From an uncultured Desulfarculus sp. (lineage in GTDB: Bacteria; Desulfobacterota; Desulfarculia; Desulfarculales; Desulfarculaceae), in assembly GCA_963665125.2 (NCBI GenBank), contig CAXXUK010000001.1, positions 1,984,001 to 2,048,000 on the forward strand: a DNA stretch of 64,000 nucleotides. Reading direction: 5' to 3'. The translations under genes were made by a program, and so were the position numbers. Below, piece by piece: positions 1 to 7,209 of the stretch; position 1 is the first letter of the stretch; the number at the start of each line of letters is the position of its first letter. The notes under the pieces were generated by a model. It worked only from the letters and a program-made list of their open reading frames with translations, ran no database searches and had not been told where the DNA came from.

Positions 1-357
1 GAGCGCGTTTTGTACATCCCCGATGCCGTTGGCCTGGCACTATTTACTGTCGTGGGTACTGATTACGCCCTGCAGGCGGGTGTGCCACTTTTTTCGGCGG
101 CCATTATCGGCGTTGTAAACGGTACTTTCGGCGGGGTCATTGCCGACATCATGTGCGACAAAATACCGAGCCTCTTTGTCGGCGGTGCGTTATACGCAAC
201 TTGTGCCTTTCTTGGCACCTGGATATTTTTCGGTTTAATACACCTTTTCCCCGATTCTGATCTTCCCTATTTTGTTACGCTGGGCTTCATCATTGCATTG
301 CGTTTGGCAGCCGTCCGCTGGGGTATTCAGCTAAAAGGCCTTGATTCTCTAACCTGA
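1..357 (+). CDS. Trimeric intracellular cation channel (UPF0126/YadS) family membrane protein, 5' truncated by window edge
   Basis: Motifs DAVGLALFTVVG, GxxxGTFGGVIAD and LYATCAFLG; hydrophobic; frame open from position 1. Confidence 0.85.
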   Translation, partial: ERVLYIPDAVGLALFTVVGTDYALQAGVPLFSAAIIGVVNGTFGGVIADIMCDKIPSLFVGGALYATCAFLGTWIFFGLIHLFPDSDLPYFVTLGFIIALRLAAVRWGIQLKGLDSLT

Positions 358-465
358 GTAAAAAGGCTGCCGTTGACCATACGTATTAAATAAAAAAATA
401 TCTCACATCCTTTTCCGACAGCCTGATTAGTGGGAAGTATTTTATTATTTATCGGCCTTGTTATG

Positions 466-749
466 GCTGCGACCCAGTCATTTACACTGGGGCGGTGGCC
501 TTGGGCCTAGGCTCCTGTTGGCTAAAGGCCATCAACTACCCCAGTGCGTCCAAGAGCATGAACCTTCCCGAAGGCGTGACCCTGGACAGCATCGTAGCCC
601 TTGGTTTTCCTGGCGAAACGCCCCAGGTGTTTGATTTGCAGCCGGGCCAGGGCGGTCTGGAGGTGATCAAGTATTGGCGCGACGAGCAGGAACAGCACTT
701 CGTGCCCAAGCGGGCAATGGATGATCTGGTGCATTGGGAGGGGTATTAA
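466..749 (+). pseudogene. Nitroreductase family C-terminal remnant
   Basis: ALGLGSCW...IVALGFP motif; upstream AATQSFTL is out of frame by one base; no N-terminal half (AT-rich sequence upstream). Confidence 0.7.
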
Positions 750-815
750 TAGGCCTCCCAGTTGAGCCCATTTGGTTGCTGATCAAACGGCTCGGCAGAG
801 CCATTTTTTGTTTAA

Positions 816-834
816 AACTGTCACCAACTGTCAC
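816..834. repeat. Direct repeat AACTGTCAC x2 (10-bp period)
   Basis: Copies at 816-824 and 826-834; resembles integrase arm-type sites (inference). Confidence 0.5.
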
Positions 835-851
835 ACCGACAAACGTTGAGC

Positions 852-880
852 AAAAAGAGCCAAGCATCACGCTTGGCTCT
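852..880 (-). terminator. Intrinsic terminator
   Basis: Perfect 10-bp stem AGAGCCAAGC/GCTTGGCTCT, 5-nt loop, T-run on minus strand. Confidence 0.6.
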
Positions 881-1139
881 CCATATTTCAAACGCTTTAG
901 TTTTCATCGTCGCCGTTCAGGTCGGGCAGCATGCTTGCCGCACGCTCTTGGGCACCTGAGACAACGTGACTATATACGTTTAGCGTTGTGCTGAGTTTTT
1001 TGTGGCCAAGCTGGTAATGACGATGCTTCTCGTGTACCTCGTGCGACAATGCACCAAGGGTGGTGGAAAGAGGCATACCTGTCTCCTTAATTTTGTCTCA
1101 GATTGGATTTTGGGGAATTGGGGAAGGATGGATGGAAGA

Positions 1140-1328
1140 TTACCGACGGAGCAATCTGAGGGCGATTGCCGCCAAAATTCGCATGGTCTTGCCCTTGGTC
1201 TCAATGATTATGGGGAACGTGGATTTGACCGTGGCCTTGGCGATCTGAACGCCTCCTTCCTGAATGATGCCTTTGACAGCTTTTTGGGTTACGCTGGCAG
1301 AATTGTCCTGTGTGTCTTGGTTTTTCAT
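1140..1328 (-). CDS. Possible small hypothetical protein (62 aa)
   Basis: ATG-started ORF with protein-like composition; no motif recognised. Confidence 0.25.
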   Translation of the reverse strand: MKNQDTQDNSASVTQKAVKGIIQEGGVQIAKATVKSTFPIIIETKGKTMRILAAIALRLLRR

Positions 1329-1503
1329 GTTTTTCTCATGAAATAAGGGGCGAATAGATTTCAGGATTTAATATGTATAGTTGGATTAGGTGGTTGGCTG
1401 GAGGGGAAGGCTGGGTTGATGGTTTCTTAGCATATGGTTGAAGTCACATGAGTTACTGAGGATGGAGCCTTGCTGATGCTCCCTTGTATCAAAACCAGAA
1501 CCG

Positions 1504-1676
1504 ATTTACGGCTTGGGCCTTGCCGCGCGCCAGGACATGCGCCGGGCCGTATTCGAGTATATCGAGGTTGACTACAACCGTAACAGGAGGCACAGTGCCA
1601 ACGGCTACATCAGCCCGCTGGCCTTTGAAAACCAAATCGCTGCCTAATCGACTGTCCGTTATTCCTGGGTTAGATA
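1504..1676 (+). mobile_element. IS3-family remnant: transposase C-terminus plus degenerate right inverted repeat
   Basis: Frame 1504-1647 reads ...DMRRAVFEYIEVDYNRNRRHSANGYISPLAFENQIAA*, typical of the IS3 OrfB end; followed by CTGTCCGTTATTCCTGGGTTAGATA, similar to an IS3 IRR. Confidence 0.85.
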
Positions 1677-1881
1677 AAACAGACCACGCTCACAGAAGGG
1701 CAACGTATTGGCGGGCATCACCGACGGTATTCCATCTTCAACGCCATGGACGAATCGCCAACTTGTCCGGGCCCCGTAATCCTGGACGGGGCCATGCCGC
1801 GCATCAGGCCGCGCTGGCCAACGATTCCCAGGGCAGGCGGGATATACGCTGACTCCTTTTACCAAGGAGCCAGGCAACCGG

Positions 1882-2613
1882 TCAAAGGTTGGTTGGCTTG
1901 ACCATCAACAAACCGGCAGCCTGGGGCGGCAGCCAAAAGCGCAGCCCCTCCAGCGTCGAAACCGCCACGGGGTCCTTGGTGGCCACTCTCACGGTCTGGG
2001 CAGGCCGTACTTGTTCCAGGACCAGGTTGGCGCCCGGCGCGATCCCCATGATTTTGATGCGGCCCTGGGCGCCTTGGCCGCCCAATATCCTCTCCACTGT
2101 GAACGGCTTTGCCGCCGCGGCCGCGGCAAATTGCATTTTTCGCCCCTGGCACAGGCCCCAGAGTTTGGCGGCCATCCCGCCAGGCAGGCTGATGCGCCGC
2201 TTTTGTTCAACGAGAGCGGCGTATTCCATGGGCGGCAACCTGCGCAGCAACTCCACCGTATCATTTTCCTTTAGGCCAAGGACGGCAAAGGTCTCGGCAA
2301 GGGCGGAATCCGGATTTACCGTTATTCCCTCCAAATGGCCCCTGTTGCCGGGTTGCATATCCAATAGCGATACGATTTCGCCGTCATCAAGATGTACGAC
2401 CAGCCCGGAGGCCATGTTGCCGGTAAGGATGACCTCGCCCTTTGGTCCGCGAATCCTCATGGGTTGCACAACCGATACATCGGGTTCCAGCCGGATTAAC
2501 TGTGTCCCATGCCGGATTCCCAATTTTCCAAGCTCACTTGCCAGGCCCTGATTGCGCACCGCAACCACCAACAGGGGCTGGCCCGTGGGAGCATCATTCA
2601 AGGCAATGGTCAT
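1882..2613 (-). CDS. feoA: FeoA-domain protein (about three tandem FeoA/SH3-like domains)
   Basis: Repeats LNDAPTG..LGKLGIRHG, LLDMQPG..FAVLGLKEN, IKIMGIAPG; ATGA overlap with upstream ATPase stop. Confidence 0.75.
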   Translation of the reverse strand: MTIALNDAPTGQPLLVVAVRNQGLASELGKLGIRHGTQLIRLEPDVSVVQPMRIRGPKGEVILTGNMASGLVVHLDDGEIVSLLDMQPGNRGHLEGITVNPDSALAETFAVLGLKENDTVELLRRLPPMEYAALVEQKRRISLPGGMAAKLWGLCQGRKMQFAAAAAAKPFTVERILGGQGAQGRIKIMGIAPGANLVLEQVRPAQTVRVATKDPVAVSTLEGLRFWLPPQAAGLLMVKPTNL

Positions 2614-4775
2614 GTTTCCAGCTTTCTACTTCGGTTGGTGACTGGCAACGCCTTTATTTCCTGCGGAACATCGCGTTCCAGGCCCCCTGGCGGGGCCAGG
2701 CTGGCGTGGGCGCCATAGCCCAGAATGGCAATGGTGCTGGTGTTGTGCATTACGGCCGAGGCCAGCGGCGACAACAGGCCCAGACTGGCCATTCCCAGGA
2801 TGGCGCTGTTAAGGCCGATGGTTGCGTTAAAGCTGTTTTGGAGCACCTTCTGGCTGTTGACGGCGATTCCCCTGGCAGCCAAAAGGCCGTTGAGGTCGTC
2901 ATGGATCAGCACCACCCTGGCCGACTCCTTGGCCAGGTCGGCGCCGCCGGGCATGCACACACCCACATCGGAGGTCACCATTGCCGGCGCATCGTTGACT
3001 CCGTCGCCGATAAATACGACCTTGCGGCCCTGTTCTTGCAATTCCTTGACAATGCGGGACTTGTCTTCGGGCCTGAGTTCCCAGTGGATTTGATCAACGC
3101 CTTCCAGGCGCTTGGCCAGTTTCCGGGCCGTGTCCCGGTGGTCTCCGGTGAGCACCACCAATTGTTCGGCGCCCATCTGTTTCAGTCCCTTGAGCACATC
3201 CAACGCCTCGGGCCGCATCTGGTCCTTGAGGGTAATGATCCCCTCCAGATGGGTTTCATGGGCCACATACAGGATGGATTTCCCGCCGGCCCGCAATTGT
3301 CTGGCCGTCTCGTCGGCCGCCGAACAATCCACACTCTCGTCCTCGGCCACAAAATGATAACTGCCCACCAGGACCCGTTCGCCATTGACATAGGCGGACA
3401 CGCCGTGGGCCACGATAAAGTCCACCTGGGTCAGGGCCGGAAGGGCCAGACCGCGTTTTTGGGCGGCCGTCACCACGGCCCGGCCCACCGGGTGGCCGTA
3501 GTGCTCCTCGGCGCTGGCAGCCAGGGCCAACAGCTCGTCGGCGTTCATGTCATCCATGGGGATGACTTCGTCCACCTCCAGAGCCCCGGTGGTGAGGGTG
3601 CCGGTCTTGTCAAAGACAAAGGTGTCGGCCCCGGCAAAGGCCTCCAGGGCCTGGGCCCCCTTGATGATAACGCCGTGCCGGCCCGCGCTGTAAAGGCTGC
3701 TTTTGACCACCACGGGGCTGGCCAGCTTAAGCACGCAGGAGTAATCCACGGTCAGAACCGAGGCCGCCCGGCGGATGTCCCTGGTCAGGACAAACTGGGC
3801 TCCGGCCAGGCCCAAGCTCACCGGCACCAGCCTGTCGGCAAGGCGGGAAATCTTCAGCTCCGGCTCGGATTTTTCGCGCACGGATTGCTCCATGAAGCGG
3901 TGCATCCGGGCCATGGTGGTGGAGTTGCCCACGTTACGGGCCAGGATGGTGATGCGTCCCTCCTCCACCACCGAACCGGAGGTCACGGCATCGCCCGGCT
4001 GAACGCTGTCGGGTATGGACTCGCCGGTGATCGAGCTCTTGTTGATGGACGCCTCTCCCTGGCTAACCTCGCCGTCCACGGGGATCATCTCACCCGGACC
4101 GCAGACCACCAGATGACCGATCTCCAGTTCATTGGCCGGTATTGAAACCTCCACGCCGTCCTTTTCGATCCACACCGTTTCCACTTGCGGACGCATCAGG
4201 CTCTTGAGCAGTTCAGTGGACTTATAATCGCTGACCTGCTCCAGGTAACGGCCTAGGGCCAGGAGGGTGACGATGGCGTTGGAGGTGAAATAGTCCCGCC
4301 TCATAAGACTAATGCTCACCGCCGTGGCATCGAGAATCTCCACCTTGAGACCCCGGCTGATCAGGGTTTTCACGCCTTCGAGCAAGGTGGGCACAGCCGT
4401 CAGCCAACTCAGGGCGGCCTTGACCGACCAGGGCAACATCGGTGAAAGCAAGGTAAAGGCCGCCAAGGAGATCAGGGTGGAACGCTCCACCGCCCCCTGC
4501 TCCCTAAGTTCGGAAAGAAAGGCCTCGCGCGGGATGTGGCCCAGCATTTCCAGGCATTCTTGTTTGGTCTGGTCTTTGCCGTCGTATTGCAGCACTATGC
4601 TGGCCGCGCGCGCGTTGATCCGCGCATCCTTTACGCCCGGCACGGCCAGCAGGATCGCCCGGAGGTATTGCTGGTCCAGGGTCGGGTCGGCCGCCCTGGG
4701 GTAGCGCAGGCGCAGCCGACCCGGTATTTCATGCAGCACGCTGACGAACGCCTTGATTCCCTGGTAAGAGTTCAA
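2610..4775 (-). CDS. fezB: P1B-6-type heavy-metal ATPase, FezB-like (ferrosome)
   Basis: TGES, DKTGT, HP, GDGVND; TM4 DYSCVLKL and TM6 HNTST (P1B-6 signature); N-terminal HEIPGRLRL HMA2-like domain without CxxC. Confidence 0.85.
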   Translation of the reverse strand: MNSYQGIKAFVSVLHEIPGRLRLRYPRAADPTLDQQYLRAILLAVPGVKDARINARAASIVLQYDGKDQTKQECLEMLGHIPREAFLSELREQGAVERSTLISLAAFTLLSPMLPWSVKAALSWLTAVPTLLEGVKTLISRGLKVEILDATAVSISLMRRDYFTSNAIVTLLALGRYLEQVSDYKSTELLKSLMRPQVETVWIEKDGVEVSIPANELEIGHLVVCGPGEMIPVDGEVSQGEASINKSSITGESIPDSVQPGDAVTSGSVVEEGRITILARNVGNSTTMARMHRFMEQSVREKSEPELKISRLADRLVPVSLGLAGAQFVLTRDIRRAASVLTVDYSCVLKLASPVVVKSSLYSAGRHGVIIKGAQALEAFAGADTFVFDKTGTLTTGALEVDEVIPMDDMNADELLALAASAEEHYGHPVGRAVVTAAQKRGLALPALTQVDFIVAHGVSAYVNGERVLVGSYHFVAEDESVDCSAADETARQLRAGGKSILYVAHETHLEGIITLKDQMRPEALDVLKGLKQMGAEQLVVLTGDHRDTARKLAKRLEGVDQIHWELRPEDKSRIVKELQEQGRKVVFIGDGVNDAPAMVTSDVGVCMPGGADLAKESARVVLIHDDLNGLLAARGIAVNSQKVLQNSFNATIGLNSAILGMASLGLLSPLASAVMHNTSTIAILGYGAHASLAPPGGLERDVPQEIKALPVTNRSRKLET

Positions 4776-4776
4776 A

Positions 4777-5037
4777 CTATACGCTCCGGCTCCGGTTGCC
4801 GTACAAGGAGTAGTGCCACAACGAAAAGCCGATCAGGGCCAGGCCGGACGCAACGTGAAAGGTCCGCACGGCCGGGCTTTTGTTGCCCAGGCCCTCCATG
4901 ATCCCGGTAGCGGTCAGCACGCCCATGGATGTGGTCATGCCGGCCTTGGCCAGGGAGCGCCGCCGTTTCAGGTCGCCGGCCCGGCAGGCCGGATTCAGCC
5001 GCATTACCGGATGCTGGTTGGTGACCATATCAAACAT
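4777..5037 (-). CDS. Small membrane protein (fez-cluster accessory, DUF4405-like)
   Basis: AKAGMTTSMGVLTATG...HVASGLALIGFSLWH; two TM segments with His residues; tight operon packing. Confidence 0.7.
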   Translation of the reverse strand: MFDMVTNQHPVMRLNPACRAGDLKRRRSLAKAGMTTSMGVLTATGIMEGLGNKSPAVRTFHVASGLALIGFSLWHYSLYGNRSRSV

Positions 5038-5425
5038 CACTCGTTTCTTCTTGGGCCGCCGCCTTTTGCTCTTTTTTGAACTGCATCTCAGCCTTGATGT
5101 CGTTGATCTGCTCCTTGACTTCCTCGACGCCGTATTGCAGGCCGGACCACGCCTTGGCCACGCCCTTGAGCAGGCTTTTTTGCACCGTGGGGTTGGCCAC
5201 AAGCAAGGTGACCCCGGCGGCGATCAGCAATCCCTTGATGTAGCTGGGGTTTTTAAAGTCAAACCAGCCGCCTTGCGCCGGTTGCTGATACACGGGATAT
5301 CCGGGGTATTGGGCATAGCCCGCCTGGCTGTATTGGCCTGCCGGATACACGCCGTATTGGTTGTAATAATTGGCCTGGGCGTCTCCCTGGGGGAGATAGG
5401 CATAGTTTTTGTCGTAATTGTTCAT
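5030..5425 (-). CDS. YtxH-like/GxxxG membrane protein with Y/Q/G/P-rich N-terminus (fez accessory)
   Basis: KGLLIAAGVTLLVAN helix followed by amphipathic EEVKEQINDIKAE. Confidence 0.8.
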   Translation of the reverse strand: MNNYDKNYAYLPQGDAQANYYNQYGVYPAGQYSQAGYAQYPGYPVYQQPAQGGWFDFKNPSYIKGLLIAAGVTLLVANPTVQKSLLKGVAKAWSGLQYGVEEVKEQINDIKAEMQFKKEQKAAAQEETSDV

Positions 5426-5475
5426 GGCTCATGAATCCCTTTTAGTTTCAATGGATGCACCGAGCTGGCCGCCGG

Positions 5476-5910
5476 TCACTTCTTTGCCGTTGTTTTGGCG
5501 GCCTTGGCCTTTGCCGGAGCCGGTGTTTCTGGGGCGGCCTCCACCAGCGCGGGCTGCGGTTCATTGGCCCCGAAGGCCGAGTTCCACAGGTATTTCACCC
5601 CGGTGGCCACGCCGAACATGGCCAGCAGCGAGACGAAGCCGCCCAGGCTCGCGGCGCCGGCCACGCAAGCGCCCGCGGCCGTGGCCACGCCGGTGCCGGC
5701 CGCCTCCCTGACCACCTCGCCCACGGCCTGGCCGGCGTCGATCTGCTTGTTTTTAACCATGGGGATGGCCTGGGCCGCCGCCAGTGCACCGCCGACAATG
5801 GCGCCCATGGCGCCAAAGTTCCAAACCGGGCGGGCGGCCAATCCAGTCATGCCGGCGGGGCTGCCGTTGACGCCGGTCTGATAATAAGATGTTGGATGAT
5901 GTTGGGTCAT
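5476..5910 (-). CDS. MamC-like membrane protein (fez accessory)
   Basis: GAMGAIVGGALAAA...AVGEVVREAAGTGVATAAG...ATGVKYLW, typical of MamC-like proteins in P1B-6 clusters. Confidence 0.75.
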   Translation of the reverse strand: MTQHHPTSYYQTGVNGSPAGMTGLAARPVWNFGAMGAIVGGALAAAQAIPMVKNKQIDAGQAVGEVVREAAGTGVATAAGACVAGAASLGGFVSLLAMFGVATGVKYLWNSAFGANEPQPALVEAAPETPAPAKAKAAKTTAKK

Positions 5911-5912
5911 TC

Positions 5913-6770
5913 TTATTCTCCCAACCCCTCTGAGGGGGCGGTTTGGTCATCATTGCCAGGCCGGCCCGTCAGGCCGGAAAACATTCCCGATACGGCTTCT
6001 TTTATCGATGAATTGGAAAGCAGCAGGGCCAGACCGGCGCCCACCGCCGCGCCCTTCCAAAAACCGCTGTCCATTGAGCCCAAGAAACCGGCCACTTGCG
6101 ACATGTCGGGTTTTCCACTGACAATATCGTTAAACAAACCCATCATTTGGCCCAGCTGGGCGTCTTTCTGAAAAAAGGCCTGACCCATGGGCGAATTGGC
6201 CGGGCCAAAGCCAGGCTGAACGCCATAGGCCATGCCGGGCATGGGGCCAAAGGCGGCGCCAGGCATTGGACCCCACATCGGTCCGGGGTAGGGCCCCGGC
6301 ATGGGGCCGGGGTAGGGCCCCGGCATGGGGCCGGGATGCATGAAGTGGTGTTCACAATGGGGCTGGGGCCCCGGTTCGGCCGGTCTCATGCCTTTTGGCG
6401 ACGTGCCGGGTTGAGAGCCGCATGAACAACCGTCTTCATGACTCTCCGGCGCGGGAGCAAAATTATTGGCGCCGGGATAGCCTGTCATCGGGGCATAGCC
6501 GGGATATCCCACGCCTGGAGCCGGGCCGCCGACCATACCGGGTTGGCCTGCTTGTGATCCGCAAGAGCAATCGCCGGCGTGGTCGGCGATGGGGCCGTAT
6601 CCGGCGGGATAACCCGTTTGGGGCGCGGCCTGGGGCGGCTGTCGGTCGGCACCTCCTCCCTGGGGCTGGCCGCCGCCGTCCTGGCACGAGCATTCCTCGG
6701 CGACTCCTCCCTGGAAGCCCGGTTCAGGTCCCATTGCCGCGCCTTGTGTTGCTTCTTTTGTCATCATCAA
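5913..6770 (-). CDS. Pro/Gly-rich protein with three CSC motifs, His cluster and C-terminal GxxxG membrane helix (fez accessory)
   Basis: CSCQ, CSCGSQ x2, HCEHHFMH, PGPMPGPY repeats, FWKGAAVGAGLALLLSN; overlaps neighbour in operon. Confidence 0.75.
   Translation of the reverse strand: MMMTKEATQGAAMGPEPGFQGGVAEECSCQDGGGQPQGGGADRQPPQAAPQTGYPAGYGPIADHAGDCSCGSQAGQPGMVGGPAPGVGYPGYAPMTGYPGANNFAPAPESHEDGCSCGSQPGTSPKGMRPAEPGPQPHCEHHFMHPGPMPGPYPGPMPGPYPGPMWGPMPGAAFGPMPGMAYGVQPGFGPANSPMGQAFFQKDAQLGQMMGLFNDIVSGKPDMSQVAGFLGSMDSGFWKGAAVGAGLALLLSNSSIKEAVSGMFSGLTGRPGNDDQTAPSEGLGE
6283..6335. repeat. 24-bp tandem repeat (2.2 copies) encoding PGPMPGPY units
   Basis: CCGGGGTAGGGCCCCGGCATGGGG at 6283 and 6307, partial copy at 6331. 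Confidence 0.9.
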
Positions 6771-7123
6771 TTCTCCTGTGATAACGGTTTCATTTGCAGG
6801 CCGAGCAGGTCAGCCAGGTGTTCCACGAGTTGTTCCACGCGGTTTTCGTCCCTGGCTCTGAAAAGATCCTCGAACATCGCCGGGGCGATCATTCGCGGAT
6901 CGTATTCCAGCACCAGGGAACCGGCGTTTTTGTTGATTCTGCTGTTGATGATCGCCGGATGGCCGTTGCCCCGGCCCAGGTCGCCGAGATCGACTTGGGC
7001 GGCCAGCCGCAAGGCATCCGGCTGGATGAACAACGCAGGGTTCACCTTTATGCGTATCCGGCCGGGGATGTGGTGGGCGATCCTCAGGTAGCTCCTGAGT
7101 TTGATGAGGGTTGCGGTTTCCAT
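6767..7123 (-). CDS. HMA2-like stand-alone domain protein (FezC-like)
   Basis: IAHHIPGRIRIK...RINKNAGSLVLEYDP, same motifs as the ATPase N-termini. Confidence 0.75.
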   Translation of the reverse strand: METATLIKLRSYLRIAHHIPGRIRIKVNPALFIQPDALRLAAQVDLGDLGRGNGHPAIINSRINKNAGSLVLEYDPRMIAPAMFEDLFRARDENRVEQLVEHLADLLGLQMKPLSQEN

Positions 7124-7209
7124 GTTGCGGTTGCTCTTTTGTCTTTATGCGGGCATATGCCGGTTAGATATTCGCAATTCATTCAGCCGATTATTGCCGC
7201 CAGTCGCAA

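Noticed and set aside
905..970. SRP RNA or cobalamin riboswitch (TCAGGTC / AGGTGCCC)
   Set aside because: Lacks the GGAAGGAAGCAGC SRP core and the B12 box; kept only as an unassigned structure
2442..4145. Long antisense ORFs (also 32429-33508, 39397-40749, 44493-45722, 54761-55663)
   Set aside because: Shadow frames of motif-supported genes in high-GC DNA
5476..5910. Magnetosome island suggested by the MamC-like gene and FeoA
   Set aside because: No mamA/B/E/K/M/Q-like genes in the window; context fits a ferrosome cluster
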